Assembly: GCA_964595455.1 (NCBI GenBank)
Contig: CAZQQL010000002.1
Span: forward strand, 725-64,724
Reading direction: 5' to 3'
Length of the DNA stretch: 64,000 nt
From: an uncultured Dehalococcoidaceae bacterium
GTDB lineage: Bacteria; Chloroflexota; Dehalococcoidia; Dehalococcoidales; RBG-16-60-22
This document shows, one piece after another, positions 55,426-62,766 of the stretch (the stretch's first letter is position 1; every line of letters starts with the position of its first letter). Below the pieces are notes generated by a model. That model ran no database searches and was not told the origin of the DNA. It saw only the letters and a list, made by a program, of their open reading frames with translations. A program made the position numbers and the translations under genes.

Positions 55426-55467
55426 TTGACAACGCTTCGGAGCGGGGTACAATGAACGCATAGGGAC
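55426..55467 (+). promoter_or_regulatory. promoter plus conserved leader box, copy D
   Basis: CCCTTGACAACG (identical 12-mer to copy B), 16-nt spacer, TACAAT (55448-55453), then GAACGCATAGGGAC followed by a second ACGCATA. Confidence 0.45.
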
Positions 55468-55515
55468 GCATATTGTACGTTTCAAGTAACCGGAACGGGA
55501 CTCAGGAGGTATTGT

Positions 55516-56688
55516 ATGAAGCTCGCTATCATCGGGTTGGGACAATGCGGCTGCAACATCGCGGACATTTTCTACGATGTCAGCAATTACTCCCAGTCCA
55601 TCTTCAACCGCCGTATCAACATCGTCACGGATACCTTCGCGGTCAATACGGACGAGACAGACCTCGGCGGGTTCAAGCACATCCCTAAAGATAAGTCTCA
55701 CCGGATTCTCATCGGCAACATGTCAACCTTCGGGCACGGCGTCGGCAAGATCAATACAGACGCCGCCGAGATCATCAAATCGGTCAATTCAGTCGTGATA
55801 GACACCGTTCTCAGGTCTGCCAAGTTCCATGAAAGCGATGCCGTGCTTGTCATCGCCAGCAGCGGCGGCGGTACCGGCTCCGGCACCATCGGCTGGACCA
55901 TACGGGAACTCAAGGACAGGACGGATAAACCGGTCTATGCCCTGCTCATTCTCCCGTTCGCGTTCGAGGAGCGGGGCGATACTTCCTATGCCGTCATCAA
56001 CAGCGCTACCTCGCTCAATACCGTGACCAAGTACGCGGATGCCGTTTTTCTGTTCGATAACGAGGGCCACCGCCAGATCGGCAACCACCTCTCCCGCACC
56101 TTCAAGGACATCAATGAAGAGATTGCCATGAACTTTTACGACCTCTGCTGCGCCGGCGAGGAAAAGAAACAGAAATTCGTCGGTAACAAAGTTGTCGATG
56201 CCGGGGACATCAAGCAGTCCCTGGCCGGTTATTCCGTCATCGGCCGCGGCGAGGTCCACCTCCCCGTGCTCCGGCTGGGAAAGGGTAACTACCGGCAGGG
56301 CATCAAGGACAACAGCCTTGTCTTCACCGCTCTCAAGCAGGCGGAGACTAATCTCGGCCTCGGCGTCAGTCTCGATCATGCCCGGCGTATCCTCGTGCTG
56401 ATCACGAGTCCCAAGGACTGCCTTTCCACGACCGTGATGGAGGAAATATTCGGCTACCTGGACAGGAAAGCTCCCAAGGCCGTTATCCGCATCGGGGACT
56501 ACCCACGCCGGGACCGGGAAATATCGGTCACGCTCATCGCCTCGGAACTGGTCCGGCTCAGCCGTCTGGAATACCTCGTCATGCAAGCGGAAGCCCTCAT
56601 CAAGAAGAGGGACAACCTGCGCCGCGAGACCGATAACGAGATGTACCTCATGCGCGAGTTCAGCCGCAACATTCCGACACTGGACTAG
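55516..56688 (+). CDS. divergent FtsZ/tubulin-superfamily GTPase (390 aa)
   Basis: T1 loop IIGLGQCGCNIA. FAVNTDETDL (compare FtsZ NTDAQAL). T3-like GHGVGKINTDAAE. Tubulin signature SSGGGTGSGT (nt 55861-55887). LPFAFEERG (compare FtsZ PFxFEG). FLFDNEG. T7-like NKVVDAGD. Strong SD CAGGAGG. Confidence 0.8.
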   Translation: MKLAIIGLGQCGCNIADIFYDVSNYSQSIFNRRINIVTDTFAVNTDETDLGGFKHIPKDKSHRILIGNMSTFGHGVGKINTDAAEIIKSVNSVVIDTVLRSAKFHESDAVLVIASSGGGTGSGTIGWTIRELKDRTDKPVYALLILPFAFEERGDTSYAVINSATSLNTVTKYADAVFLFDNEGHRQIGNHLSRTFKDINEEIAMNFYDLCCAGEEKKQKFVGNKVVDAGDIKQSLAGYSVIGRGEVHLPVLRLGKGNYRQGIKDNSLVFTALKQAETNLGLGVSLDHARRILVLITSPKDCLSTTVMEEIFGYLDRKAPKAVIRIGDYPRRDREISVTLIASELVRLSRLEYLVMQAEALIKKRDNLRRETDNEMYLMREFSRNIPTLD

Positions 56689-56939
56689 GCGGCGGACTTA
56701 CAGAGCGTGAACTCTAAGTGCGGATAGCGCTGAAACCTTACAGCGACTGTCGGCCACGTGCACTTCGCGAGCGTATGTTTCTTTTAGGCACTACCGTATG
56801 TTCCTGCGGCTCTGCTACGTAATTCCTTGATTTAAAATGGCCATGACAAAAGTACACCCTAACACCCTGTGATTGACGGGAAAACATGCTATTATGGTAG
56901 TAAGAACTGGTAAATCAGGAACTTATCTTGGAAGATTTG

Positions 56940-57767
56940 ATGGGTCAGGTACTTGGCCTGACCGTTGTTTTTAATCCCTGGATGCTATTGGCGATCTTCG
57001 TCATGACACTCGTAGCCGAATTCGGGGTATCCATCCCGCTTCTCATGGAGTCCGTCTGGCTGTTCACGGGCTATAACTTCGTCTCCGGTACTATTTCCGC
57101 TGAACACCTGGTCATTTTCATTGCCGTCGGGCTGGTGGGCCGCCTCCTCGGGGGCGTGATCGTTTTCTACCTTGCCTGGTACGGACGTAAGTTCATCGGC
57201 GTTCCCCTGTTCCGTTTCTTCAAGTCAAAGGGGAATGCGCTGATTGCCCGCTGGGCCCCTCTCCAGCGTTTCGCCGGCGTTGTTGAGAGGTCCGTGCACT
57301 GGGCCGCGAGACGGACCAACAGCGATGCAGTTACGGAAAGTGGCGGCATCAAGCTGTTTGGGCGCCGGTTTCAGCTCTCGCCCCTCACCGTTGCCGGCGG
57401 TCGTTTTATCGGATTGCGCTGGCCTATCACTATCTTCCTCGGCGCCAAGCGCCAGCGGACCAAGCTGCTGCTCGGCATTGCCATCTTCAGCGTTCTCTGG
57501 GACGCGGCTTACATCCTCTTCGGCATGCTCGGCGGCAAGAGCGGTCTCGACCAGATGCAGATGGTGTTTCTTCCCATCGGCACTATCGTGGCCATCTCAT
57601 GCCTTGTATTCGGCTTCAAGAAACTGAGAGCGTTCCTGGTTTCTCGCCGGATGTCCCGGCCTGCAGCTGCGCCTGCACTCATCTGCTGCCCGCCGCCGAA
57701 CCCTGAACCCCGCTACGCGCTGGCCTTACGGACAGCGGATACCGTTTTCTCCCCGGAAAAGTCCTAG
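56940..57767 (+). CDS. membrane protein (DedA/SNARE-associated-like)
   Basis: Hydrophobic. VAEFGVSIPLLMESVWLFTGYNFVSG ... FYLAWYGRKFIG resembles the DedA core. Start uncertain (TTG 56928 or ATG 56940). Confidence 0.45.
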   Translation: MGQVLGLTVVFNPWMLLAIFVMTLVAEFGVSIPLLMESVWLFTGYNFVSGTISAEHLVIFIAVGLVGRLLGGVIVFYLAWYGRKFIGVPLFRFFKSKGNALIARWAPLQRFAGVVERSVHWAARRTNSDAVTESGGIKLFGRRFQLSPLTVAGGRFIGLRWPITIFLGAKRQRTKLLLGIAIFSVLWDAAYILFGMLGGKSGLDQMQMVFLPIGTIVAISCLVFGFKKLRAFLVSRRMSRPAAAPALICCPPPNPEPRYALALRTADTVFSPEKS

Positions 57768-57841
57768 TTACTCTCCTCTGTCATCCTTTTCACTGTGGCA
57801 TTCCGGTAACGTGCGGGCGCGCATGACAGCCGCATGCGCCT

Positions 57842-57873
57842 GAAAAAAGAGAAGGGGTCCGGTCCGGACCCCT
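57842..57873 (-). terminator. rho-independent terminator (minus strand)
   Basis: AGGGGTCCG-GTC-CGGACCCCT. On the minus strand it is followed by TCTCTTTTTTC. Downstream of the small ORF 57908..58087. Confidence 0.5.
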
Positions 57874-57907
57874 CTAGATACGGTTTGAATAATGGTTGGA
57901 CTATGAA

Positions 57908-58087
57908 TTAGCGGACGAAGTCAGCGGTAAACGTGAATTGCCGGGTTTCCCGGAGCCGCCGCACGAAGCGTCTGATCTCCAGCGGGCGTTCCGGATGATT
58001 GATCTCTTCCACCTGGATGCGCCGCTGACCCACCCCGAGTCCGTTCCTGAACCATTGCTGCATTGGTATTGCTGTTGCTGTTTTCAT
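57908..58087 (-). CDS. small basic hypothetical protein (59 aa)
   Basis: ATG 7 nt after AGAGGT, followed by its own terminator. MKTATAIPMQQWFRNGLGVGQRRIQVEEINHPERPLEIRRFVRRLRETRQFTFTADFVR. No family recognised. Confidence 0.35.
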   Translation of the reverse strand: MKTATAIPMQQWFRNGLGVGQRRIQVEEINHPERPLEIRRFVRRLRETRQFTFTADFVR

Positions 58088-58228
58088 ATCCATGACCTCT
58101 TGACTATTCGTTATGCAGTACTTACGTAATGTCATAGTACTTTAGTCAAAATAAACAGGCCATAAACACGAACACCGGTTTTGTAAACAAACCGGTAATA
58201 ATACAAATCTACAGGAGGCCCCCCGGCT

Positions 58229-58259
58229 TTGACCTCACGCCCATGCCGGATGTTATAAT
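58229..58259 (+). promoter_or_regulatory. promoter of pcrA/uvrD (leaderless-type geometry)
   Basis: TTGACC (58229-58234), TATAAT (58254-58259), then only 8 nt (CAAGATAT) before the ATG at 58268. No SD. Confidence 0.45.
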
Positions 58260-58267
58260 CAAGATAT

Positions 58268-60457
58268 ATGGAAATCCTCGCGGGCTTGAATCCCGCACAG
58301 AAGCAGGCCGTCGAAGCGATCAATGGTCCCGTTCTCATCCTGGCCGGGCCCGGGAGCGGCAAGACCCGGGTCATCACCCACCGCATCGCGTACCTGGTCC
58401 GCGTGGTCGGGATAAACCCGCGCCGTATTCTGGCTGTCACCTTCACCAACAAGGCCGCCCGGGAGATGGAAGAACGTCTGGCCGGTCTTGTATCGACCTC
58501 CGTTGACCAGTTGACGCTCGGCACCTTCCATTCCATCTGCGCCCGGATACTCCGAACGGAAGGTGAAGTGCTCGGCATCGACAAGCGTTTTACCATATAT
58601 GATGACGACGACCAGATGTCCCTCCTGAAACGAGCCCTCCAGGAACTCAACCTCGACCCCAAGCAGTTCCCGCCCCGCACCATCCAGTCCAACATCTCCA
58701 ACGCCAAGAGCCAGATGATACCGCCCTCAGAGTACCTCCTCCACGGCCGCTCCTATTTCGAAGAGATTGTTGCCCGGGTCTACGAACGGTATGAAAAGCT
58801 CTTGAACGAGAGCAGCGCGCTGGACTTCGACGATCTCCTCCTCAAGACCGTCTACCTGTTCCGCCAGCACCCGGAGGTCCTGGAGCGCTACCAGAAACGC
58901 TACCAGCACATCCAGGTGGACGAGTTCCAGGACACCAACCTGGTCCAGTACGAACTCGTCAAGCTCCTTGCCGCCAAATACCGCAATATCTGCGTCGTCG
59001 GAGACCCGGACCAGTCCATTTATTCCTGGCGGGCGGCGGATATCCGTAATATCCTCAATTTTGAAAAAGACTTTCCGGACGCTCAGGTCATCCTCCTCGA
59101 ACAGAACTACCGCTCCACCGGCGCCATCCTGGAAGTGGCCTCCTGCGTCATCGAAGCCAGCCGCAACCGCAAGGCCAAGGGCCTCTGGACGGAGAATGAG
59201 AAAGGGCGGCCCCCGATCCTCATCGAGACCTACAACGAGCAGGAAGAAGCCCACTTTATCGTCACCGAGGTGGACAAACTCACCCGGAACGGTGAATACC
59301 GTCCCGGCGATATCGCCGTCATGTACCGCACCAATGCCCAGTCCCGCGTCCTGGAAGAGTCCTTCATCCGCTACGGACTGCCGTACAAGCTCGTGGCCGG
59401 GACCCGGTTCTACGAACGCCGCGAAGTCAAGGACCTCATCGCCTACCTCCGGCTCATCCAGAACCCGCTTGATTCCATTTCACTGATGCGTATCATCAAT
59501 GTTCCCCAGCGCGGCATCGGCCAGAAGAGCCTGGACGAGCTGACCAACTGGGCGCGGACGCAGGCGTTACCGGAATACGAGGGGCTGCGACAGATGACCC
59601 TGCTGCGGGACGCCTCCGTCGAAGTGCCGCTGAGCACCCGGACACTGAAGGTGCTGACCGCGTTCGCCGCCATGCTCGAAAATTTTATCGAAAAGAGCCG
59701 CGAACTCAACTCCCTGGAACTCTTCGACCTCATCGTCGAGAACTCCGGATATAAACGATTCCTCGCGGAACTGGAGGGTGGCGATGAGCGCTGGGAGAAC
59801 GTCCTCGAATTACGCGGTGTTGCCCAGCAGTATGCAGATCTGCCCCCCGGCGAAGGCCTGTCCGCCTTCCTGGAGAACGTTTCGCTCGTTTCGGACCTGG
59901 ACGGGTTCGAGACCGGCAATGACTCCGTGACTCTCATCACCCTCCACCAGGCCAAGGGCCTGGAGTTCCCGGTGGTCTTTATCACCGGCATGGAGGAAGG
60001 CATCCTGCCCCATTTCCGCTCCATCGACGACCCCGAGCAGCTTGAAGAAGAGCGCCGTCTCTGCTATGTGGGCATCACCCGCGCCCGTCAGCGCGTTTAC
60101 CTCGTTAGGGCGTTCCGCCGCCAGCTCATGGGCATGAGCGCGGTCAACAAGATGTCCCGTTTCCTGGAAGACATCCCGAAACAACTGCTGAGCACCGGCA
60201 GCATCTGGGAAGAAGAGATTGCCCCGAACACCGCCAAGGCCCATGAGGCGGAACGCGTCACGGCGGCGACCCAGCCGGACGCCCCGGCGGAATTCAAGGC
60301 CGGCGACCACGTGACCCACGAGAGCTTCGGCGAAGGCATCGTCATCAGTTACCGCAAGGTCAAGAGTGACGCCGAGGTTACTGTCGCCTTCGACCGCGCC
60401 GGCCTCAAACGCCTCCTTCTCAGCTTCGCTAAAATTGAAAAAATCAATGGCGGATAG
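58268..60457 (+). CDS. pcrA: ATP-dependent DNA helicase PcrA/UvrD (SF1)
   Basis: LNPAQKQAVEAINGPVLILAGPGSGKTRVITHRIAYL (Walker A), VDEFQDTN (motif II), YRS, and VTLITLHQAKGLEFPVVF. Confidence 0.9.
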   Translation: MEILAGLNPAQKQAVEAINGPVLILAGPGSGKTRVITHRIAYLVRVVGINPRRILAVTFTNKAAREMEERLAGLVSTSVDQLTLGTFHSICARILRTEGEVLGIDKRFTIYDDDDQMSLLKRALQELNLDPKQFPPRTIQSNISNAKSQMIPPSEYLLHGRSYFEEIVARVYERYEKLLNESSALDFDDLLLKTVYLFRQHPEVLERYQKRYQHIQVDEFQDTNLVQYELVKLLAAKYRNICVVGDPDQSIYSWRAADIRNILNFEKDFPDAQVILLEQNYRSTGAILEVASCVIEASRNRKAKGLWTENEKGRPPILIETYNEQEEAHFIVTEVDKLTRNGEYRPGDIAVMYRTNAQSRVLEESFIRYGLPYKLVAGTRFYERREVKDLIAYLRLIQNPLDSISLMRIINVPQRGIGQKSLDELTNWARTQALPEYEGLRQMTLLRDASVEVPLSTRTLKVLTAFAAMLENFIEKSRELNSLELFDLIVENSGYKRFLAELEGGDERWENVLELRGVAQQYADLPPGEGLSAFLENVSLVSDLDGFETGNDSVTLITLHQAKGLEFPVVFITGMEEGILPHFRSIDDPEQLEEERRLCYVGITRARQRVYLVRAFRRQLMGMSAVNKMSRFLEDIPKQLLSTGSIWEEEIAPNTAKAHEAERVTAATQPDAPAEFKAGDHVTHESFGEGIVISYRKVKSDAEVTVAFDRAGLKRLLLSFAKIEKINGG

Positions 60458-60616
60458 TAAAGTCAAAGGTTAAAACTGCCCGGACCGATGATCCAATTGG
60501 AAATGAAGTGTCTTTCGCTTTCCCGAAACCGGTAGTGCGGGCATCGTGCCCGCGACCAGCCGGCCCACCAGCCGCATTTGGCCTATCTTTTATCAGCCCC
60601 GGTTAGCAGCCGGCAA

Positions 60617-60656
60617 TCCCCTCGCCGTACCACGGAGAGGGGACATAGGGGTGAGG
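60617..60656. repeat. REP-like palindromic element, copy 2
   Basis: TCCCCTC-GCCGTACCACGGA-GAGGGGA hairpin (with inner CCGT/ACGG stem), followed by CAT-AGGGGTGAGG. Confidence 0.45.
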
Positions 60657-60846
60657 TCTGATAAGCAGACAAGCCAAGTCGTAAACCGGGCCTGCTTTCT
60701 ATTGCCGCTCTAAGCTATAACAGCAGCGCGAGCGTCTGCCCGTGCCCCGGCCTGGACGCCGGTCCTACCCGGTCTCTTTTACCGATCTGGTGAGGGGCCG
60801 CTCTATCTATGCCCGGCAACTTCAGGATGGGGATTGCAGGAACTCT

Positions 60847-60887
60847 CCCTTCTCCCTCGATGGGAGAAGGGCAGGGATGAGGGTGAA
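60847..60887. repeat. REP-like palindromic element, copy 3
   Basis: 10-bp stem CCCTTCTCCC / GGGAGAAGGG with loop TCGAT, followed by CAGGG-ATGAGGGTGAATG. Confidence 0.5.
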
Positions 60888-60940
60888 TGACACACTCGGC
60901 ACGGAATTTTTAACTTCTGACTCTTGGCCTTTGATGTAAC

Positions 60941-60969
60941 TTGACAACCTACACGGAACCGTGTAAAAT
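60941..60969 (+). promoter_or_regulatory. promoter of mutL (leaderless-type geometry)
   Basis: TTGACA (60941-60946), 17-nt spacer, TAAAAT (60964-60969), then 7 nt (GTCCGCA) before the ATG at 60977. Confidence 0.45.
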
Positions 60970-60976
60970 GTCCGCA

Positions 60977-62686
60977 ATGATCAGGGTACTGGACCGCCAC
61001 ACCGTAGACCGCATCGCCGCCGGGGAGGTTGTTGAAAGGCCTGCCTCAGTGGTCAAGGAACTCGTGGAGAACGCCCTGGACGCCGGCGCCACGCGCATTG
61101 CTATAGAGATCAAGGGCGGCGGCTGTGACCTCATCCGGATAGCCGATAACGGCTCCGGCATTCCCGCGGAGGAAGTCGCCGTTGCCTTCGAACGCCACGC
61201 CACCAGCAAGATACGCACTTCGGATGACCTCTTCGATATCCAGAGCCTCGGTTTTCGCGGCGAGGCGCTCCCCAGCATCGCCGCCGTGGCGGACATGGAA
61301 CTGGTGACCCAGGCGGACGGGGAAGCCCACGGCGCCGTCCTTTTCCTCGAGGCCGGGACCATCGTCCGGCGGGAAGACCGCGCCCGTTCCCGCGGCACCA
61401 CCATCACCGTCCGCAACCTTTTTCGCACGGTGCCCGCCCGTCTCAAGTTCCTCAAATCTCCCGCTACCGAGAACGGCCACATCGCCACGGTCGTCACCAG
61501 TTACGCCCTCGCCTGGCCGGAAGTCGCCTTTTCCCTGACGACAGAAGGCAGGGAGCACCTTCGGACCTCCGGCCGCGGACAGCTCCCGGACGTCGTTGCC
61601 GAGGTCTATGACACGAAGACCGCCGCCCGCATGCTCCCCGTAGAGAATATCTCCAGCGTCTGGCGGGCCGGGGACGGGGAAAACCTTGTCAACGTCAGGG
61701 GGCTGGCCGGAGCGCCGGATGTTACGCGGACCGGGCGCGGCTACCTCAGCTTTTTCGTCAACCGCCGCTGGGTCACCAGCCGTACCCTGTCCTTCGCCGT
61801 GGAGGAAGCCTACCAGGGCCTCCTCATGACCGGCCGCCATCCCGTGGCGGTCCTCAACATTACCGTCCCGCCCGCGGAAGTAGACGTCAACATCCATCCC
61901 GCCAAGAGCGAAGTCAAGTTCCGCCACGAAGCGGACGTCTTCCGGGCCGTCCAGCAGGCGGTACGCCGGGCATTGACCGGGCAGATGGCCGCGCCGGGCA
62001 TCGAAGAAGCGCCGGCGCCGTTTACCGCCCTCCGGGACCCTCAGGCATCGCAACCGTCGTTCGTCCTGTCCCGTCACTTATCCCCGGAACAGTCTCACGA
62101 AGCCGTCCCGTTCATCGCCGCGCTGCCGGCCCTGCGGGTCATCGGGCAGGTGATGAGCGCCTACATCGTCGCCGAGGGGCCGGACGGCGTGTACCTCATC
62201 GACCAGCACGCCGCCCACGAACGCATTCGCTATGACCGGATTACCGCTCAGCGCGCCGCCAGACAACCGGACATCCAGGGCCTGCTGGAGCCGGGTACGC
62301 TGGAAGTGACGCCCCGGCAGCAGGCCGTCCTGGACTCCGTTTCCGGGACGCTGGCTGAACTCGGTTTCCGCCTGGAGCCGTTCGGGGAACGCGCCTACCT
62401 GGTCCGGGCGGTGCCCGCCCACCTGGCCGAAAGCTGGCGGGACGCCCTTCGGGAGCTCCTCGACGAACTCAGCGGCGAACCAAAGAACCGCTGGGAGGAA
62501 AAGGCCATTGCCTCCATCGCCTGCCATAACGCTGTTCGCAGCGGCCAGACATTATCTATGGAAGAGATGCGGGAACTGGTCCGCCAGCTCGAATCCGCCG
62601 CCAATCCCCATACCTGTCCCCACGGCCGCCCCACCATGATCAAGCTCGGCCGTGACTACATCGAGCGGCATTTCGGCAGAGACTAG
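60977..62686 (+). CDS. mutL: DNA mismatch repair protein MutL
   Basis: MIRVLDRHTVDRIAAGEVVERPASVVKELVENALDAGAT (GHKL ATPase N-terminus) and a C-terminal dimerisation/endonuclease region with QHAAHERIRYD. Alternative ATG at 60968. Confidence 0.9.
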   Translation: MIRVLDRHTVDRIAAGEVVERPASVVKELVENALDAGATRIAIEIKGGGCDLIRIADNGSGIPAEEVAVAFERHATSKIRTSDDLFDIQSLGFRGEALPSIAAVADMELVTQADGEAHGAVLFLEAGTIVRREDRARSRGTTITVRNLFRTVPARLKFLKSPATENGHIATVVTSYALAWPEVAFSLTTEGREHLRTSGRGQLPDVVAEVYDTKTAARMLPVENISSVWRAGDGENLVNVRGLAGAPDVTRTGRGYLSFFVNRRWVTSRTLSFAVEEAYQGLLMTGRHPVAVLNITVPPAEVDVNIHPAKSEVKFRHEADVFRAVQQAVRRALTGQMAAPGIEEAPAPFTALRDPQASQPSFVLSRHLSPEQSHEAVPFIAALPALRVIGQVMSAYIVAEGPDGVYLIDQHAAHERIRYDRITAQRAARQPDIQGLLEPGTLEVTPRQQAVLDSVSGTLAELGFRLEPFGERAYLVRAVPAHLAESWRDALRELLDELSGEPKNRWEEKAIASIACHNAVRSGQTLSMEEMRELVRQLESAANPHTCPHGRPTMIKLGRDYIERHFGRD

Positions 62687-62766
62687 GAAAAAAGACCAAA
62701 GAGCAAAAACAAAAATCAGAAATCAGGGACCTTTTTCGGGTTTCAGATCTCTAATCTTTACTCTAG

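Noticed and set aside
55516-56688. Calling the tubulin-like gene the housekeeping cell-division ftsZ.
   Set aside because: There is no dcw/ftsA/ftsQ context, the signature is tubulin-type GGGTGSG and QCG rather than the usual FtsZ GGGTGTG, and I saw no recognisable conserved FtsZ C-terminal peptide. I kept it as a divergent superfamily member instead.
60742-60939. 65-aa ORF in the pcrA-mutL spacer, and the minus-strand ORF 60803..61000.
   Set aside because: They are translations across the REP-like palindromic repeats (SPFSLDGRRAGMRVN) with no SD. The repeat elements explain the sequence better.
42334-60969. Treating the whole TTGACAA...TAnAAT-GTACGC motif as strictly locus-specific.
   Set aside because: The mutL promoter (TTGACAAC-N15-TAAAATGTCCGCAA) shares the -35 and the G-T-x-C-G-C-A discriminator, so that part may be the organism's general promoter consensus. 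Only the extended AGGGAC / ACGCATA portion and the identical 11-12-mers are claimed as locus-specific.
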